Both the position numbers and the translations under genes were made by a program. The notes under the pieces were generated by a model. That model had not been told where the DNA came from. It did not search any database and worked only from the letters and a program-made list of their open reading frames with translations. Shown here piece by piece: positions 1 to 13,630 of a DNA stretch of 64,000 nt. Position 1 is the stretch's first letter; every line of letters begins with the position of its first letter. This DNA comes from an uncultured virus (IMG/VR IMGVR_UViG_3300013004_000029) (lineage: Duplodnaviria; Heunggongvirae; Uroviricota; Caudoviricetes): the IMG/VR virus record IMGVR_UViG_3300013004_000029. The stretch is one strand, 5' to 3'.

Positions 1-380
1 ATTTGTTAGAGTATTTGTAGGAGTTTGCGTACTAGTACTACTTGGAGTGATTGTGTTAGTTGGCGTATTTGTTGGAGTTCTTGTTACTGTAGGAGTTGCA
101 GTATTAGTTGGAGTAGCTGTATTTGTTGGCGTATTAGATACGGTTGGTGTTACAGTTACAGTACCGGTTAATGTGGGAGTAGGAGTATTAGTGGGTGTTG
201 CACTATTTGTTACAGTATTAGTAGGAGTAGCAGTATTTGTCGGGGTCGAAGTACCTGTACATGTTGGTGTCTTAGTAGGAGTATTGCTGGTTGTTGGTGT
301 TTGTGTTGGTGTTTTTGTTGGAGTAATAGATGGAGTTACTGTAGTTGTAACTGATGGTGTGGGTGTTGGTGGTGGTTCTC
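1..380 (-). repeat. Thr/Pro/Asn mucin-like coding repeat (TPTNTPT...)
   Basis: Degenerate gttggtgt/gtagga repeats encode TPT units on the minus strand. Confidence 0.9.
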
Positions 381-3300
381 CAAGAGCAAAAACACTATTG
401 CTAGATAATGTAATGTCCGTCCAATAACCTAATAGTGCTGTTGGTGCAGATATGTTGCTTGTTGTTGGAGGGAAGAGGCCTAACATATATTCATTATTTT
501 GACCCCAGCCATATAAAACATTACTAGATTGTTTACCAAGAGAATAGGTCGTGCCTGCAAAAACTTCTGTCCAATCCGTAGATGTATTCACCGACGCTGT
601 TGGAACAAGTCTTTCTCTTGCAGTTCCGTCTCCAAGTTGACCATAGAAATTATCTCCCCAGCCATATAGATTACCATCTGTATTAATAGCAAGGGTGTGT
701 TTTTGTCCACTACTTATAAATTTCCATGACATATTACCAATTTTAGTTAAAAATTGTATATATTGTTTACTATTATTACCTATTTGACCATTAGTATTAT
801 TGCCTAATGCATAGAGCTTGTTATCATTTTTTATAGCAAAGAGGGTGCCATTACTATTTGCTGATAATTGTAGGTATTCATCTTTGTTGAATTTCAAAAA
901 GCTATCTTCACCATTGATGCGGATTAATAAATCTGTTTCGCCATCATATAAAACAGCAAAGAAATTTGGAGCTATGCTTACTACATCATAAACTTTTTCA
1001 TCTATAATTGGCTGATAGCTTCTTTGATACTGTATTAAGTCATAACTATATAGCTTACGAGAATCGCTATGAATATAGTATATAGAACTTGCATTCTTAT
1101 AAACAAAACTATAGACATTAGGAGTAACGAACAGCAATTCACCATCAAGGGTAGAAGGTGATTTTTCTCTCCATTCCCATAAAGTATAATTATTTTTGAT
1201 GCCGTACCATAAATTGCCGATATCCTTGGATGGTGATGCAGTTAAGAAGTATGGGTTGCTTATGACTCTTTTCCATCCTGGGACCCTAAATAGGGTTGGG
1301 GTGATACGAGAAATAGTGTCTCCTTGACCTAATTCTCCATTACTATTCAATCCCCAGCTATATAGGCGCTTTTTTCTACTAACACCAAGATAGTGTTTAA
1401 TATTTAACGATGGGTCGGTATATATGGTTGGAGTAACGCTAGGTGTAACGCTACTTGTTGGTGTTTTGGTGGGTGTGATGCTTGGTGTTATCGTATTGGT
1501 TGGTGTTGGTGTTTTGGTAATATTTAGTTGTCCACAAATATTGATAGAATCCAGTAAAATGTTACCTGAAGTTGTCTTGAATACTATTCTATTAGATGGG
1601 GTTGCTGGTGTGTATAATACAACGCCTTCAGTCCAAACAACATTATTTAATGAATGGTTTGGATAAATATCTGGGTTATAGCTAAATACGGTCTGTGTCA
1701 AGCCTACTACCGGATCAAATTCTGATGTTGGATTTTTCCATAATGTAGAACCACTATCCGAACCTATAGCAACTATAAGATTTTTAGCATTGTTTGGGGG
1801 TGTAATTGTAGGCGTTGGCGTTGGTGTGGCCGTTGCCCTAGTCGGAGTTGGAGTAAATGTGACATTCAATACGGTTGATGGATCAGCGATATTAATTCTA
1901 TCATAGTCACTATTTAATAGATATACTTTATTATCATCATATGCAGTATTAATAAATAGAGATCTAATATTTATAACATTATTTAAGTATACATTCGTCT
2001 TAATATCTGTTGTTCCACTAAGAGCTAAAGAATAGAATGTATAAATAATTTGAGCATCGGGATCGTGTAGTATAACTCTGCTGGAAACGGTATTGTAATA
2101 TAACAATGAATTCCCAATTTGAATTGGTTTATTATTTGGATCGAGAATATTTGGAGAGGTACTATTGGCTAAGGTAACAGTGTTGATTCTTAAGAAAGAT
2201 GTTGTTGTATCATTGAAAGGAATAGCGTATAAATTATTAAAAAATTCATCAATAAAGAAATCACTTATTGGACCATAATTAATACTTGCTAAATTTGGAA
2301 CAGATGTAAAATTAGTATCAAAATAGAGCAATGATGGGTCGTTGGGGTCTGCGACTACAGAGTAGCTACCATTAGCAGGATTAAGTAATGATGTGTAATC
2401 CACCATGAAAAAGACTCTTCTGGCATTTGAATCAATTATGGCTTTGCCTAATTGTCCAGCAGATAAATTATGGGGAATAGATGCTATTATTGTGTTGGTT
2501 GTACAATCTATAATATCTATTGTTGAGGCGGTGGAAACATATATGCGATTTAGGGCGTGATCGACTGTTATATATTTGGGAAATTTATTAACGCTAATAT
2601 ATTGTTCAACTGTATCTGTGGATCCATTTATTACTGCTATTTGACTTGTGGTAATCAGGGATACATAGATCTTATTGGTGTTTTTATTGATAGCTGATGC
2701 TCTTGGATTTTTACCAACATTAACAGATTGTCTAGAGACAGAAGTAATCGGATTATTAGTTAATCCTGTTACTATTGTTATATCTTCGCTATTAAAATTA
2801 GTTATATATGCCTTCAGTGTTAAAGGATTGATATCTCCATCAATTGGTCTATTTCCTGTGGAAACAGTGTCTAAAGAAACCGATAGTGGTAACTGATTAG
2901 GCACATTAACAAAGAATATTCTAGAATTACTGCTATTAATAAAAATTAATCTAGGATCGTCGTAAACCTCGTTAATCTTAATAAAAGAGCCAGCATAAAC
3001 TATACCTGAAGTAACAAATACTTTCTTGGTCGAAGAAGTTATGTTAGATGAATATGTTAAGTATAGTGTATTTGTTGATCTGTCATATAGATAAGTTCTA
3101 CCAGTAGCCTGATCATATATTAGGTCTAAGCCAGAAACCATAAGCTTGGTTGTTCCTGACAAGAAACATTCAGCAGACAAGGACTTATTCGTACTCAGAG
3201 TATTCAATTTAAATAGTTGATTATCTTTTCCATATCCTGTAAACTTAAATGTTGCGTGTAGGGTATTTGATGTAGAGTCTATATAGAAGTCTTTTAATGG

Positions 3301-6300
3301 TTCGGATATGATAGTATTAATGGTGGGTGTAACATTACTATTACCATCAAAATATAGGAGGGAGGGTGTGCTGTTACTATATGATGGTTGATCTAATAGA
3401 ACAAAAACCCTATTTAAGGATGTATCTAAAACAACTTTACCTGGTTTAGCATTATATTGTCTGCAATTAATAATATATAAAACTTTATCATTATATCCGT
3501 CTAACACAACAACAGATGTATCTGTAGATACATAAACCTTATTTAATATATCATCTACTGTTATATTTTTTGGCCCATCATTTATATTTATACTACCAAT
3601 AAAAGCATCTGTATTAGTATCTATAATAGTAACCATATTACTAGTATTATTGGCTATATACAGCTTGTTAGTTTTCTTATTAATTCCTAGTGCTACTGGT
3701 CCACCTTGTCCTGTAACGGATGGGGCGAATGTAACAGCATTTAATTCGGATGAAACGTTGAAGAAACTGCTATCTAAAAATAATGCGCTGCCTATTGGAC
3801 GACTGACGGTTCTCTGTACTGCTCCGTCTTTTGCATATATAATATTATTTCCGTCATATGTAATGGATACAACAGTAGAAGTTGTATATGTTCCGAAACC
3901 TCCTCTACTGACATTATTTTCATAAATTTCTAAAATTCCATTAGAATTAAAATACCAACAATAATTTATATCAGTAAAATCAGCATCTGCTTTTGGGTCA
4001 GAGGTTAGACCAAACATTATACCGGCATTGGTTTGTGATGCACGAGCGGAGCAGTATGCGCTTCTTACGAACCCTTCATTGGAGTATACCTGAGCATTCC
4101 AGTTATTACTGCCGGATGTTTTGGCAAATTTTCCGGGAGCAGTATTCACCACGCCACCAGATACTACCGATGTCCACTGTCCAGCTCCTGTGTCGAATGT
4201 ATTCAATGTTTTATATGAATATGGATCTATTACACTAATATTATTACTTAGAGAATTAGCAACATATAATTTACGGTTTATTGGATCAGAAACTAAATCG
4301 ACTGGACCACTACCAACAGTAATTTGTTGATCTAATAAATTTGATGGGGTAAAGTTTCTTCTAGATGGAGTTATACTTGGAGTAACGGTAGGTGTAGGCA
4401 AAAGAATATTTTTATTAGCTATATCTGAGCTATATTTAAATCTTAAAATATATCTTTGGCCAGGACTAGCTAAGAAAGATTGGGACACCCATCCATCGGC
4501 ATTTAGTAACAAGCATTCGTTTCCATCTACAACAGAATCAACATCAGCATTGCTGACAGTGATAGGAAGATTATTTGTAAGTGGGGTAGTAGACGGAATG
4601 AAATTATTCTTATAAGCAACATACCCTTTGACTATCCTAAAACTATTCATGAATCCACTAAATCTGGCAAAATTTTCGCCGTCTGCGCCTATTCTTAGTT
4701 GTCCTAATGATCTTCCCGGTCTAAGAGATGAGATAACTGTTGAACCTATTTGTAGTCCATCTATAAAGAATTTCCAATTATTATCTTCTCTAGTAATTGC
4801 TAAATTATACCATCTTCCAGTAATAGGTTTCCATGGTACGCTAATAGATGAAGAGAATGTTTTATCTCCAATTAATATACCTATATGTCCAACGTTAACA
4901 ACATTTGTTGTGGATGTTCCATTATAATATAGTCCCCATTTATTATTTAATAATGGTCCGTCTGATTGTCCACAGATACCTATAACTTTTGACACATCAT
5001 CAAAATTGATCCACATCTCAAGCGTAAAATCTCCGCTACAAATAAAATCCCAATCTTGACTATCATCTAGATAAATCCAATTCTGAATATTTTGTTTACA
5101 TTTTGTTTGATCTATAAATTTATTAGGACTATTAGTTATGCTGTTACAGTCTGGGTCCAGGATATCTTTTTTCACACATACACAATATCCTCCAGTATTA
5201 TCTCCATAGAACGAATCATTTATTCCTAAAAATAGGTAGCCAGATGATAGAGCTTTACCAGAATATGTCTTTCCAAAAGATATAACATTATTATTGTTTG
5301 ATACTGAACCCAGTGTTGGATTAGCAGAATCAACTATAACACCATTAATATATCCTCCTGAAAAAGGATTCGTTCCATTAAATGTAGCACAGCCTTCACT
5401 GGAGATAAAAATATTTTCTCCTGTATTAAAATAAACACCTGTATTAAAAAATCCAGATTTGTTGGCCTCTAAATAAAAATTATTGCATACTATTGAATCT
5501 TTAATTATAGCAGATTGGTTGAAATAGGCGCTGGATCCTCCAACTCTATAGTTAAGAGTACTGATTGTCGCGTCTTCGTATACTTTTACCGTTTTTCCCT
5601 CTGGGCTAGTATCTAAGAAATTTTGTGAACCATTAGTTCCATTCATAGGTAAAGATAAAGCTATTTTACCTTTATTTGGAGCTAAATTAACAGCATATTT
5701 ATCCCAATCTGTAACCCCATTCTCAAAACTACTATTACTAAGTATACTATTATTAAATATACATGGTGTAGATGGAGGGGTGGTTGTTGGAGTTGCTGTA
5801 GATGTTGGTGTTTGACTTATGCAGGGTGTAAAGCCGTAACTGATGGACGATAAAAAACTGCCTGTAGCAAAACTCGGAGAAGATAAATCTACAAACAAGT
5901 AGAGTCTACCGCTTGTTGTTGGTATATTATTATATGATGTTCCTACCTTGAATGGGGTTCCATTCATTCCTATTTTACCCAACAACGACTGTCTTTCAAA
6001 TATATAATTAGGTCCAACGGTGTTTGGAAGTCCATTGGGTCCGCTTGGAGTACCAAAACTAGAATCTATCGTTCCAATAGTACCTATTACTAGTCGGATA
6101 TTTCTACCATTTGTTATATCTATATCAACGCCAGTATCTAATGGAGTATTTGGTCCATGGGTTTTTGGGTTGATAGTTAAATTATATTTACATTGAGATA
6201 TGATTGTTGTAGGAGTAGGAGTAGGAGTAGATGTTGGAGGTGGGGTTGGTAATGGTTGTGTAATAGTTCCTAGTGGAGCTGCACATAAACCAGCGGTAAC

Positions 6301-6699
6301 ACCATCTTTGGTAAACGCCAAACCATTTCCAGATATACATAGATTCATAGCCCAGTGTGGATTTGGTGTTAGTCTATTTGGTCTAACATCTATGAAATAT
6401 CTTTCACCGCTTAGTGGAATAGGTAGTCCAACAAATGTCTCTTTAGCGGGAGTATTTCCTCCGTATGGGGCATAGATTTTTCCACCAATATTAACAGCAC
6501 CAAATGTATTGTGGTTGATTGTAAATAGGAATATCTCTCTGCGATTTGATACTCCGTCTTGACCAGTTATTACCAAAAAATAATCAAATACCGCAGCATT
6601 ACATCCGTGAGGATTATAAGATGTTAATACTGCTCCATTAAGGGATGGTAATACACCACGATTAATTGATCCATTTATAATTTGTACAAATTCGATCAT
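1..6699 (-). CDS. Giant multi-domain virion appendage/adhesin (>=2233 aa, runs off the left edge): LecA/PA-IL-like, split DUF642-like, LamG, YVTN-type propellers, RCC1 repeats, Thr/Pro linkers
   Basis: ATG at 6699-6697 with AGGAG upstream. Hand translation of large parts is open ([15 protein letters not shown]..., [55 protein letters not shown]) and in frame to base 1. It is probably absent from the ORF track because no stop lies inside the window. Confidence 0.85.
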   Translation of the reverse strand, partial: MIEFVQIINGSINRGVLPSLNGAVLTSYNPHGCNAAVFDYFLVITGQDGVSNRREIFLFTINHNTFGAVNIGGKIYAPYGGNTPAKETFVGLPIPLSGERYFIDVRPNRLTPNPHWAMNLCISGNGLAFTKDGVTAGLCAAPLGTITQPLPTPPPTSTPTPTPTTIISQCKYNLTINPKTHGPNTPLDTGVDIDITNGRNIRLVIGTIGTIDSSFGTPSGPNGLPNTVGPNYIFERQSLLGKIGMNGTPFKVGTSYNNIPTTSGRLYLFVDLSSPSFATGSFLSSISYGFTPCISQTPTSTATPTTTPPSTPCIFNNSILSNSSFENGVTDWDKYAVNLAPNKGKIALSLPMNGTNGSQNFLDTSPEGKTVKVYEDATISTLNYRVGGSSAYFNQSAIIKDSIVCNNFYLEANKSGFFNTGVYFNTGENIFISSEGCATFNGTNPFSGGYINGVIVDSANPTLGSVSNNNNVISFGKTYSGKALSSGYLFLGINDSFYGDNTGGYCVCVKKDILDPDCNSITNSPNKFIDQTKCKQNIQNWIYLDDSQDWDFICSGDFTLEMWINFDDVSKVIGICGQSDGPLLNNKWGLYYNGTSTTNVVNVGHIGILIGDKTFSSSISVPWKPITGRWYNLAITREDNNWKFFIDGLQIGSTVISSLRPGRSLGQLRIGADGENFARFSGFMNSFRIVKGYVAYKNNFIPSTTPLTNNLPITVSNADVDSVVDGNECLLLNADGWVSQSFLASPGQRYILRFKYSSDIANKNILLPTPTVTPSITPSRRNFTPSNLLDQQITVGSGPVDLVSDPINRKLYVANSLSNNISVIDPYSYKTLNTFDTGAGQWTSVVSGGVVNTAPGKFAKTSGSNNWNAQVYSNEGFVRSAYCSARASQTNAGIMFGLTSDPKADADFTDINYCWYFNSNGILEIYENNVSRGGFGTYTTSTVVSITYDGNNIIYAKDGAVQRTVSRPIGSALFLDSSFFNVSSELNAVTFAPSVTGQGGPVALGINKKTNKLYIANNTSNMVTIIDTNTDAFIGSININDGPKNITVDDILNKVYVSTDTSVVVLDGYNDKVLYIINCRQYNAKPGKVVLDTSLNRVFVLLDQPSYSNSTPSLLYFDGNSNVTPTINTIISEPLKDFYIDSTSNTLHATFKFTGYGKDNQLFKLNTLSTNKSLSAECFLSGTTKLMVSGLDLIYDQATGRTYLYDRSTNTLYLTYSSNITSSTKKVFVTSGIVYAGSFIKINEVYDDPRLIFINSSNSRIFFVNVPNQLPLSVSLDTVSTGNRPIDGDINPLTLKAYITNFNSEDITIVTGLTNNPITSVSRQSVNVGKNPRASAINKNTNKIYVSLITTSQIAVINGSTDTVEQYISVNKFPKYITVDHALNRIYVSTASTIDIIDCTTNTIIASIPHNLSAGQLGKAIIDSNARRVFFMVDYTSLLNPANGSYSVVADPNDPSLLYFDTNFTSVPNLASINYGPISDFFIDEFFNNLYAIPFNDTTTSFLRINTVTLANSTSPNILDPNNKPIQIGNSLLYYNTVSSRVILHDPDAQIIYTFYSLALSGTTDIKTNVYLNNVINIRSLFINTAYDDNKVYLLNSDYDRINIADPSTVLNVTFTPTPTRATATPTPTPTITPPNNAKNLIVAIGSDSGSTLWKNPTSEFDPVVGLTQTVFSYNPDIYPNHSLNNVVWTEGVVLYTPATPSNRIVFKTTSGNILLDSINICGQLNITKTPTPTNTITPSITPTKTPTSSVTPSVTPTIYTDPSLNIKHYLGVSRKKRLYSWGLNSNGELGQGDTISRITPTLFRVPGWKRVISNPYFLTASPSKDIGNLWYGIKNNYTLWEWREKSPSTLDGELLFVTPNVYSFVYKNASSIYYIHSDSRKLYSYDLIQYQRSYQPIIDEKVYDVVSIAPNFFAVLYDGETDLLIRINGEDSFLKFNKDEYLQLSANSNGTLFAIKNDNKLYALGNNTNGQIGNNSKQYIQFLTKIGNMSWKFISSGQKHTLAINTDGNLYGWGDNFYGQLGDGTARERLVPTASVNTSTDWTEVFAGTTYSLGKQSSNVLYGWGQNNEYMLGLFPPTTSNISAPTALLGYWTDITLSSNSVFALGEPPPTPTPSVTTTVTPSITPTKTPTQTPTTSNTPTKTPTCTGTSTPTNTATPTNTVTNSATPTNTPTPTLTGTVTVTPTVSNTPTNTATPTNTATPTVTRTPTNTPTNTITPSSTSTQTPTNTLTN

Positions 6700-6710
6700 C
6701 TATTTTTCTC

Positions 6711-9700
6711 CTAGGATGTGGCTAACACCCCTACATAAACCCTAAACACCAGATCTCTATCCTTCTTAATACACGAATCATCCTCACAGAAAGCTCCTCC
6801 AATATATTGATTATTTAAACTAATTACCATACCGTATGGATCTGGTAAATCATTATTTGGCATAAATTTAATAGTATATGTAGATCCTGGTATTAAATTG
6901 ATATTAATTCCAGAAGTAATATCCCAAGTATTATATTGATAAGAATTACTGGCCTGAATATTGACACTTTGGCTATGTAATAGTGTCATATTATTACCTG
7001 GTTGTCCACTGTAAATTTGCACTGTACCTGTACCACTATATAATCCAACAAACATAGTTTCTATTCTAGATAATCTACCAAAAATATTATTTGTAAATGT
7101 TTGTGTCCAAGAACCAGTAGCAGATAGTCCTACTATAGCCGATTTATTTGACTGTTCTACACTTAGAACATTCACATATCTCGGACTGGGTGTTGGAGTA
7201 GCAGTATATGTTGGAGTGACTGTATTGGTAGGAGTATTACTGGGTGTTACGGTATTGGTAGGCGAAAAGCTTGGTGTGTTGGTTGGTGTTGATGTGTTTG
7301 TTGGAGTAAATGTGTTTGTTGGAGTATTGCTGGGTGTTCTGGTTGGAGTTACACTATTTGTAGGTGTTTGTGTTGGAGTGGCTGTTGGAGTAGCAGTCAA
7401 TCCTGGAGTTACGGTATTTGTTGGAGTAATTGTTGGAGTTCTTGATGGAGTTCTGGTATTTGTTGGGGTCAAACTTATGGTGGGAGTATTAGTTGGAGTG
7501 AAACTAATAGTTGGAGTGTTAGTTGGGGTGAAACTAATTGTTGGTGTGTTACTTGGAGTCTGACTTGGTGTTGATGTATTTGTTGGGGTTTGACTTGGTG
7601 TTGAGGATATAGTCGGAGTATTAGTTGGCGTATTAGTTGCGGTATTGCTTGGAGTAATAGTAGGAGTAGGACTATTTGTTGGTGTTGGTGTTGGATCATA
7701 TGATCGACAACTAAATGAAAAGTCTTCATACTCTATAGAATCATCTAGTAAAACAGGAGTATTGCCAACATAGGAACCCCAATACCATACAGACCCATTA
7801 CCCTGTATACCATAATTAATATGCTGTCCAATATTTCCATCAAATACTTTAACTTTAGTCCAATCTCCAGGAATTTGAACAGGTGCGTATCTATCTAGGT
7901 TGTCTCCAAGTCCTAACTGTCCATGATTATTCCAGCCCCATGACCATAATGAATTATCTTGTTTGAGCGCAAGCGTGTGATTAACTCCGCAAACAACAGT
8001 TTTCCAATTATTATCACTGCCTATTTCTACAAAAGTAGATGTACCACCGGTACCATTATTTCCAAAACGACCCTCGTTTGATCCTCTGGCAAATAATTTA
8101 CCGGTCTGACTAATCAACATAGAATGATATGGTCCTTCGCTATAGGATAGCGGAGGTAAATTATTATCTGGGGCAAGTGGTATACTAGATACGATAGTTT
8201 TTATACCCGCAGACCTATCAAACTTAGTTACAATATCAATATCTGGACCTTGTGGTATATTGTTTGAAACAGGGAATGGGAAAGCGTTTGGAATAGAGTT
8301 GTACCCACTCATAGACACAAAAGAAAATCTTTGAGTTATCAAAGTTATCCCAGAATGTAATATTGTATTCAATATTCTCATAGATGTTTTGGTGGCTGAA
8401 CTATTGTATGCCGGAATACCTGAATTGACACCATTCGAGATATCTTCAATATTTGCTAATCTACCTAAAGAAGCACTATTATTTCCAATTGGTATAGAAT
8501 ATAAAATATTTATGCCTTTTGGTGCTACAACATAGACATTCTGTGGCAATGGAAGAGAATATCCTGTAGTAGCCCTAATATTTGGATATATGGTCGCCAC
8601 TGGATTTACTGAATAATCATATCCTGGTAATAGTATTCCATTTATACCAGCAGCACGAACTAAAGGATCATCATTTATTACTTTGGTTAATACATATAAA
8701 ATATAATTATTTCTACTAATTTGACCATAGCTGATATCTAGAATTTTTTGATTTGGGAATTTGGAAATAAATTCTGGATAGTAAAATTCTGTAAATATAT
8801 CAGTGTCACGATCATCCGCCCCACCCCAACCGTATAGTTCCGAACCGTCTTCGCTTGCGGCAAAACTGAATGTTAGGTTTTCAGCTATGGACAGAGCCAA
8901 TGTTTTAGACCATAGTTGTGTAGCTAGTTTAGAATCTACTCTTGGATTATCCGCTACTTGTACATAAGTACGACTATCTGGAATAATTCTAAAAGCTTTT
9001 CCTGTTGTATCAGAAACAATATTTTTCCCCCAGAAATACAGATATTTATCTTCTGGTTGAGAAGGTGTTTGTGTTGGTGTTGGTGTGTTTGTAGGAGTAT
9101 TGGTTGTTGTCGATGTTAATGTCGGAGTATTGGTTGGAGTACTAGTATAGGTAGGAGTAGGAGTTTTAGTAAAATACTGTGCTCCACAAGAAACTATATT
9201 ATCGATAATAATACCGTCATTACCATCTACACTGGTTGATAAATCTTGAAATACTACTCTGGTTACTTCCGATGTAGCTGTATATGTTATAATACCATCT
9301 TCCCATTGTAAATTAGTAAGACTATGATTGGGATATGATGCAGAAGAAAACGTGAAGTCTGTCGTTTTCATCTTAGATGATATTGGTTTAATATTTCTCT
9401 TGTCGGCGCTAGACCAATTTATAGATTTATCATTTTCTCCTATGGCTACTCTTACCGTTTTCAAGACATTATTGGGTGTTAGACTATTGCCTGGGTTTCC
9501 GGTATATTTAAACCTAATAGCATAAGAGTCTCCCACATTCGTATAGAACGATTGACTGATCCAACCATTAGTATATCCAGTTAAGCTTACTGCATAGTCA
9601 CCATTACTGAGTGGTCCAACTCCGCCCTGTCCTCCGAGATAGCCTATTTGTTTGTTAGTCCCTCCAAGTACATAAACTCCATAATAATCCCAATTTTCTA

Positions 9701-12017
9701 ATATTTGAGTTTCATTATTTTCAAAGCTTGGATTTTGGATAACATCAGTAAAATAACATTGTGTTCTAGTAGGAGTACTAGTAATAGTTGATGTAACCGT
9801 ATTTGTAGGAGTTTGTGTATTTGTTGGTGTGTTGGTTGGGGTTTGTGTGTTTGTTGCCGTATTAGTAGGTGTTGTGCTGATAGTAGGACTATTACTAGGA
9901 GTCTGACTGTTTGTGGGTGTGTTACTTGGGGTGATTGTGTTTGTTGGTGTGGCAGTATTAGTTGGGGTTCTGGTGTTGGTAGCTGTCGGCGTAGTTGTCG
10001 ATGTATTAGTTGGTGTGGCTGTATTGGTGGGTGTGCAGGTTGTTGTTCCTGTTGGTGTTTGTGTCGGAGTAACAGACATAGTAGGCGTGTTGGTTGTTGT
10101 CGGAGTAACGGGCGGTGTTCTCGTAGGCGTTGCAGTAGGAGTGGGAGGAGGAGTACTAGTACTTGTAGCAGTAGGGGTTGGTGTTGGTATAAGGGTGTTG
10201 ATATCACTGTATACCGCATTAGGAAATACTATATATTTTGTTGATGATGTATTCAGATTTGATAAAGAATTTGCAAATATGGTACGCTCATAATTTTCAT
10301 ATGTTTGACTAAATTCATCATTAGATGTCATTGCAAAATATGAATTTGCAGATAATTGATTGGATAGCTGTGTTACTATGCCAGCAAATGTAGTGGTAAT
10401 ACCAGAGATATTGAATACCGTACCGTCGCTTCTAATAGCGTCTATACTAACACCCGATCCGGATCCAAACCACGGAGCACTTAGAGCAATATCTGTCCAT
10501 GTCGCTCCTCGTGTTGATGCTAGTGGTATGGTAGATAAACTATGTGCTGGTCTCAGATTACTATCGAATGCAATACCTGGATTATATGATATGTTGTATA
10601 ATAATACTATTTCATTTGTTTTGGTTAAAGCTATGAAAAAACCATTTGCTGCACTTTTATAGCCCATAAGAGAATTTACAGCTATAACTTTTTTAAATGA
10701 ACCATAAACAGTTACAGGCGTTAATGAAATATCGGTCCATAATTTTAGATCATCATTACCGTCTATGCCATATGCTGTATATGCTGAGTAGCCTGGGGCA
10801 GTAGATCCTCCTTGTATATTCCTTAATCCTCCGTCTGCGCCCAAGGTCGTTAATCTAGGATAGTCTACTACTCCGAGAGTTGGAACGTTTGGACCCCAAA
10901 CATAAACCTGATTCAGAGTATTTACTCCATAAAAACATCCATGCACATAGTATATATCTTTCCAATTATCTGCAACAGAACCTTCTATAGTAATTCTGGT
11001 TAACCATCCAGCAGTATTAGCGGGTACGCAGGTTGGTGAACCAGATCTGATATTGGGCCAATCAGTGTAATATGGACTAGGGATAGTATATGATCTGTGC
11101 TGATTGTCTCCAGGAGAGGTATAATTTGTTCTACCATCATTGGCAACATTACTATGAGAAGAAATATAAACCGAATTATACATATCTAGAATTTTTGCAT
11201 AATTACCGGCATCATTAAATCTCCAGCTGGGTCCATTTGAACACGAAGTTATACCAGCTTTAGCATTTAGGATGGTTGTAAGAGTTCCAGGATTACCATC
11301 TCCAAGAACTTTTCTATATTCTGGTCCAAATAAAGCCATTCTTTGTGGACTATAAATATCTATAGTATTGGTATAGCTAAATATTGGTGATTGTGGGCGA
11401 TCATACATAGGATATGTTCTACTAATAAAAGTTCCACCACCAGCTATACTGCCGAAAATAGTTGGAACTCTTTTTCTATATCCCAAACCCAAGCCGCTAT
11501 ATGCTTCTAGACGAGACTGATCCAGATTTTGATAAACATTATTATTTACAATAGTCCATAATTGTCCTGTTGTTGTAATAGCGTGAAGAGAAAATGGTGT
11601 TAATAAAACCTTTTTCCATTTTTTCCCCGAAAGCTGTGGCCAAGAAGCAAATTTATTAAACATAGTTTGATATGGATTGGCATCAAATTGCCCAGCATAT
11701 ACATAATGTTTTGGGGCGTGTAAGTAGACATCTCCATTATTGTCAACAATAGCAAAAGATCCCACATAAGGAGGACATAGATCGGGAGCATTATTATATC
11801 CATCAGCTATTGGATTAGTATAACAACTACTAAATGACTGTACTCCACCACCAATATCAATAGCTTCAGGAGCAAAAGTGTTGTGGTAAAATACTGATGA
11901 TGGACTGGTATTATAAATACCTCCTAAACCCACATATTGACCACAACTTGTGTCTCCAAAACTTCCATATATCTGTGGATTATTCCAGGGATTATATCCT
12001 TTAACATATATCGCCAT
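6711..12017 (-). CDS. Large virion appendage protein: RCC1-like repeats, DUF642-like carbohydrate-binding domain, long Thr/Pro linkers
   Basis: RCC1 blade [37 protein letters not shown]...[21 protein letters not shown] (DUF642/choice-of-anchor-C-like); three PT tracts. Confidence 0.75.
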   Translation of the reverse strand: MAIYVKGYNPWNNPQIYGSFGDTSCGQYVGLGGIYNTSPSSVFYHNTFAPEAIDIGGGVQSFSSCYTNPIADGYNNAPDLCPPYVGSFAIVDNNGDVYLHAPKHYVYAGQFDANPYQTMFNKFASWPQLSGKKWKKVLLTPFSLHAITTTGQLWTIVNNNVYQNLDQSRLEAYSGLGLGYRKRVPTIFGSIAGGGTFISRTYPMYDRPQSPIFSYTNTIDIYSPQRMALFGPEYRKVLGDGNPGTLTTILNAKAGITSCSNGPSWRFNDAGNYAKILDMYNSVYISSHSNVANDGRTNYTSPGDNQHRSYTIPSPYYTDWPNIRSGSPTCVPANTAGWLTRITIEGSVADNWKDIYYVHGCFYGVNTLNQVYVWGPNVPTLGVVDYPRLTTLGADGGLRNIQGGSTAPGYSAYTAYGIDGNDDLKLWTDISLTPVTVYGSFKKVIAVNSLMGYKSAANGFFIALTKTNEIVLLYNISYNPGIAFDSNLRPAHSLSTIPLASTRGATWTDIALSAPWFGSGSGVSIDAIRSDGTVFNISGITTTFAGIVTQLSNQLSANSYFAMTSNDEFSQTYENYERTIFANSLSNLNTSSTKYIVFPNAVYSDINTLIPTPTPTATSTSTPPPTPTATPTRTPPVTPTTTNTPTMSVTPTQTPTGTTTCTPTNTATPTNTSTTTPTATNTRTPTNTATPTNTITPSNTPTNSQTPSNSPTISTTPTNTATNTQTPTNTPTNTQTPTNTVTSTITSTPTRTQCYFTDVIQNPSFENNETQILENWDYYGVYVLGGTNKQIGYLGGQGGVGPLSNGDYAVSLTGYTNGWISQSFYTNVGDSYAIRFKYTGNPGNSLTPNNVLKTVRVAIGENDKSINWSSADKRNIKPISSKMKTTDFTFSSASYPNHSLTNLQWEDGIITYTATSEVTRVVFQDLSTSVDGNDGIIIDNIVSCGAQYFTKTPTPTYTSTPTNTPTLTSTTTNTPTNTPTPTQTPSQPEDKYLYFWGKNIVSDTTGKAFRIIPDSRTYVQVADNPRVDSKLATQLWSKTLALSIAENLTFSFAASEDGSELYGWGGADDRDTDIFTEFYYPEFISKFPNQKILDISYGQISRNNYILYVLTKVINDDPLVRAAGINGILLPGYDYSVNPVATIYPNIRATTGYSLPLPQNVYVVAPKGINILYSIPIGNNSASLGRLANIEDISNGVNSGIPAYNSSATKTSMRILNTILHSGITLITQRFSFVSMSGYNSIPNAFPFPVSNNIPQGPDIDIVTKFDRSAGIKTIVSSIPLAPDNNLPPLSYSEGPYHSMLISQTGKLFARGSNEGRFGNNGTGGTSTFVEIGSDNNWKTVVCGVNHTLALKQDNSLWSWGWNNHGQLGLGDNLDRYAPVQIPGDWTKVKVFDGNIGQHINYGIQGNGSVWYWGSYVGNTPVLLDDSIEYEDFSFSCRSYDPTPTPTNSPTPTITPSNTATNTPTNTPTISSTPSQTPTNTSTPSQTPSNTPTISFTPTNTPTISFTPTNTPTISLTPTNTRTPSRTPTITPTNTVTPGLTATPTATPTQTPTNSVTPTRTPSNTPTNTFTPTNTSTPTNTPSFSPTNTVTPSNTPTNTVTPTYTATPTPSPRYVNVLSVEQSNKSAIVGLSATGSWTQTFTNNIFGRLSRIETMFVGLYSGTGTVQIYSGQPGNNMTLLHSQSVNIQASNSYQYNTWDITSGININLIPGSTYTIKFMPNNDLPDPYGMVISLNNQYIGGAFCEDDSCIKKDRDLVFRVYVGVLATS
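7180..7695 (-). repeat. Thr/Pro mucin-like tract (about 170 aa), includes tandem [10 protein letters not shown] units
   Basis: Seen in the translation of 6711..12017. Confidence 0.9.
9765..10195 (-). repeat. Thr/Pro mucin-like tract (about 140 aa)
   Basis: Seen in the translation of 6711..12017. Confidence 0.9.
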
Positions 12018-12029
12018 GCTTTATCCTTT

Positions 12030-13112
12030 TTAGCAATTACTACATTCGATAGTTAGAAAATCTGTAGATGTTTTATTCATACCATCTTGAGATGTCACCT
12101 CAATTTTTGCAACAATAGGGGATACATTTTTAATATTTACCAACGCACTTATCTGGCCCACACCATCTCCAAATCCTGCTATTCCGCTAGCAGGGGTGAT
12201 AACAGATGTATTATTATCAACACTAAACACATATTTATATGGTTTACCTTTATCAAAATTTCTAGCATCAACAGTAATTGGAAATGCTTGATCTCCACAA
12301 GCTCCCGAAAGAGTTAGTTTTGGACCATTTGTAAATTTTACAGATGGGTAACTGATTGTTCTTCTGGGTAGACAAGACTTACATCTAATTGGAATAGATT
12401 GCACAATAGGAATACAAGAATCGAATGGTTCTGCGACTACAGAAACTTGTAATATTGCATACAAATTATTTTGTCCATAATTTTCTTTATAATCTGGATC
12501 AAGCACGTAATTTGTAAAACAATCTGGGCAATCTGTTGTATCAAGCGATGGAGCAAACATCATATAAGCATTTATATTTTGGCTAGTGCTCTGTGGTGTA
12601 ATAACCCCTTCTTTTGGCAATATCTTAACTGGCCAGTTTGATTGAAAATTACTTAGTTTATATTGATATTTTGTTCCGGGTAGTAATTGAGAAATATTAA
12701 TACTTAAATATTGATAATTTTGATTTTCTCCTTCGAGAACAAAAGATGGAGCAGGGAATGAGATGACCGGTATTTGACTAACACTACACCCTGTTGCACC
12801 ACTTCCTTGTACCAAACCACCTATAGCCGGAACAAATACTGGGTATGTTGCTGTTGATGACATAATGGCGTAATAGGCTTTATTACTCTCTAATTGAGTG
12901 AGACTAGAATTTTTATCTCCTACTCCATTTGTTTTATAAAAAGTAGGAATAATACCAGCACTATTTTGAGATGTATAAATAGAGTCAACATTTTGTATAA
13001 ATGTATTATATTGTGCTCTTTGATCAGAAGACATATTTGATGGTGGCGTAAGAAGAGTGAGCGGTTCTTTGCCTAAATATGTAAATATAAAAAATCTGGT
13101 TGTGATTATCAT
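12030..13112 (-). CDS. Putative virion protein with two copies of the Cys-capped beta-sandwich repeat domain
   Basis: NISQLLPGTKYQYKL... and ARNFDKGKPYKYVF...DFLTIECSNC; lies in the structural operon. Confidence 0.6.
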   Translation of the reverse strand: MIITTRFFIFTYLGKEPLTLLTPPSNMSSDQRAQYNTFIQNVDSIYTSQNSAGIIPTFYKTNGVGDKNSSLTQLESNKAYYAIMSSTATYPVFVPAIGGLVQGSGATGCSVSQIPVISFPAPSFVLEGENQNYQYLSINISQLLPGTKYQYKLSNFQSNWPVKILPKEGVITPQSTSQNINAYMMFAPSLDTTDCPDCFTNYVLDPDYKENYGQNNLYAILQVSVVAEPFDSCIPIVQSIPIRCKSCLPRRTISYPSVKFTNGPKLTLSGACGDQAFPITVDARNFDKGKPYKYVFSVDNNTSVITPASGIAGFGDGVGQISALVNIKNVSPIVAKIEVTSQDGMNKTSTDFLTIECSNC

Positions 13113-13124
13113 TTATTTAAACTC

Positions 13125-13601
13125 CTAGCTCAAATTGATTGCTGGGGCCGTTAGAGCAATGTTTGTGTACTGGTAGACGGTATTGGAAAGAGCAAAAGAT
13201 ATATCGACATTTGTACCAAGGAATATGCGAGATGGATCTATCTGTAATTGGCCAATAACAGTATTTTGATAAATAATAGATATTGGTGTCAAAATATTTG
13301 GGCTGCTTGTTTGAACAATTGGTAACTTTATATTAACGCTTGATACGTCTGTATTAGTGGTTGCAAACTTAGCAACAACATTACCACCAACTGTATATGT
13401 ATAATTATTTGTCTGATTAAGGAAATATGAAACCTGATTAATTGGCAATGGAGTAGCTGTAGGTGTTGGAGTTGGAGTATTCGTAGGAGTGGCCGTTATT
13501 GTTGGCGTAGGAGTACTGGTTGGACATATTATGGTTAATATATCCTGTGCTACTGAACATCCATCAGATAACGATACTTTTAAGATCAAATTATTAATCA
13601 T
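13125..13601 (-). CDS. Hypothetical virion protein with PT linker
   Basis: 158-aa ORF with a [18 protein letters not shown] tract. Confidence 0.6.
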   Translation of the reverse strand: MINNLILKVSLSDGCSVAQDILTIICPTSTPTPTITATPTNTPTPTPTATPLPINQVSYFLNQTNNYTYTVGGNVVAKFATTNTDVSSVNIKLPIVQTSSPNILTPISIIYQNTVIGQLQIDPSRIFLGTNVDISFALSNTVYQYTNIALTAPAINLS

Positions 13602-13630
13602 ATTATTGGTCTCTGTACTATACTAATACA

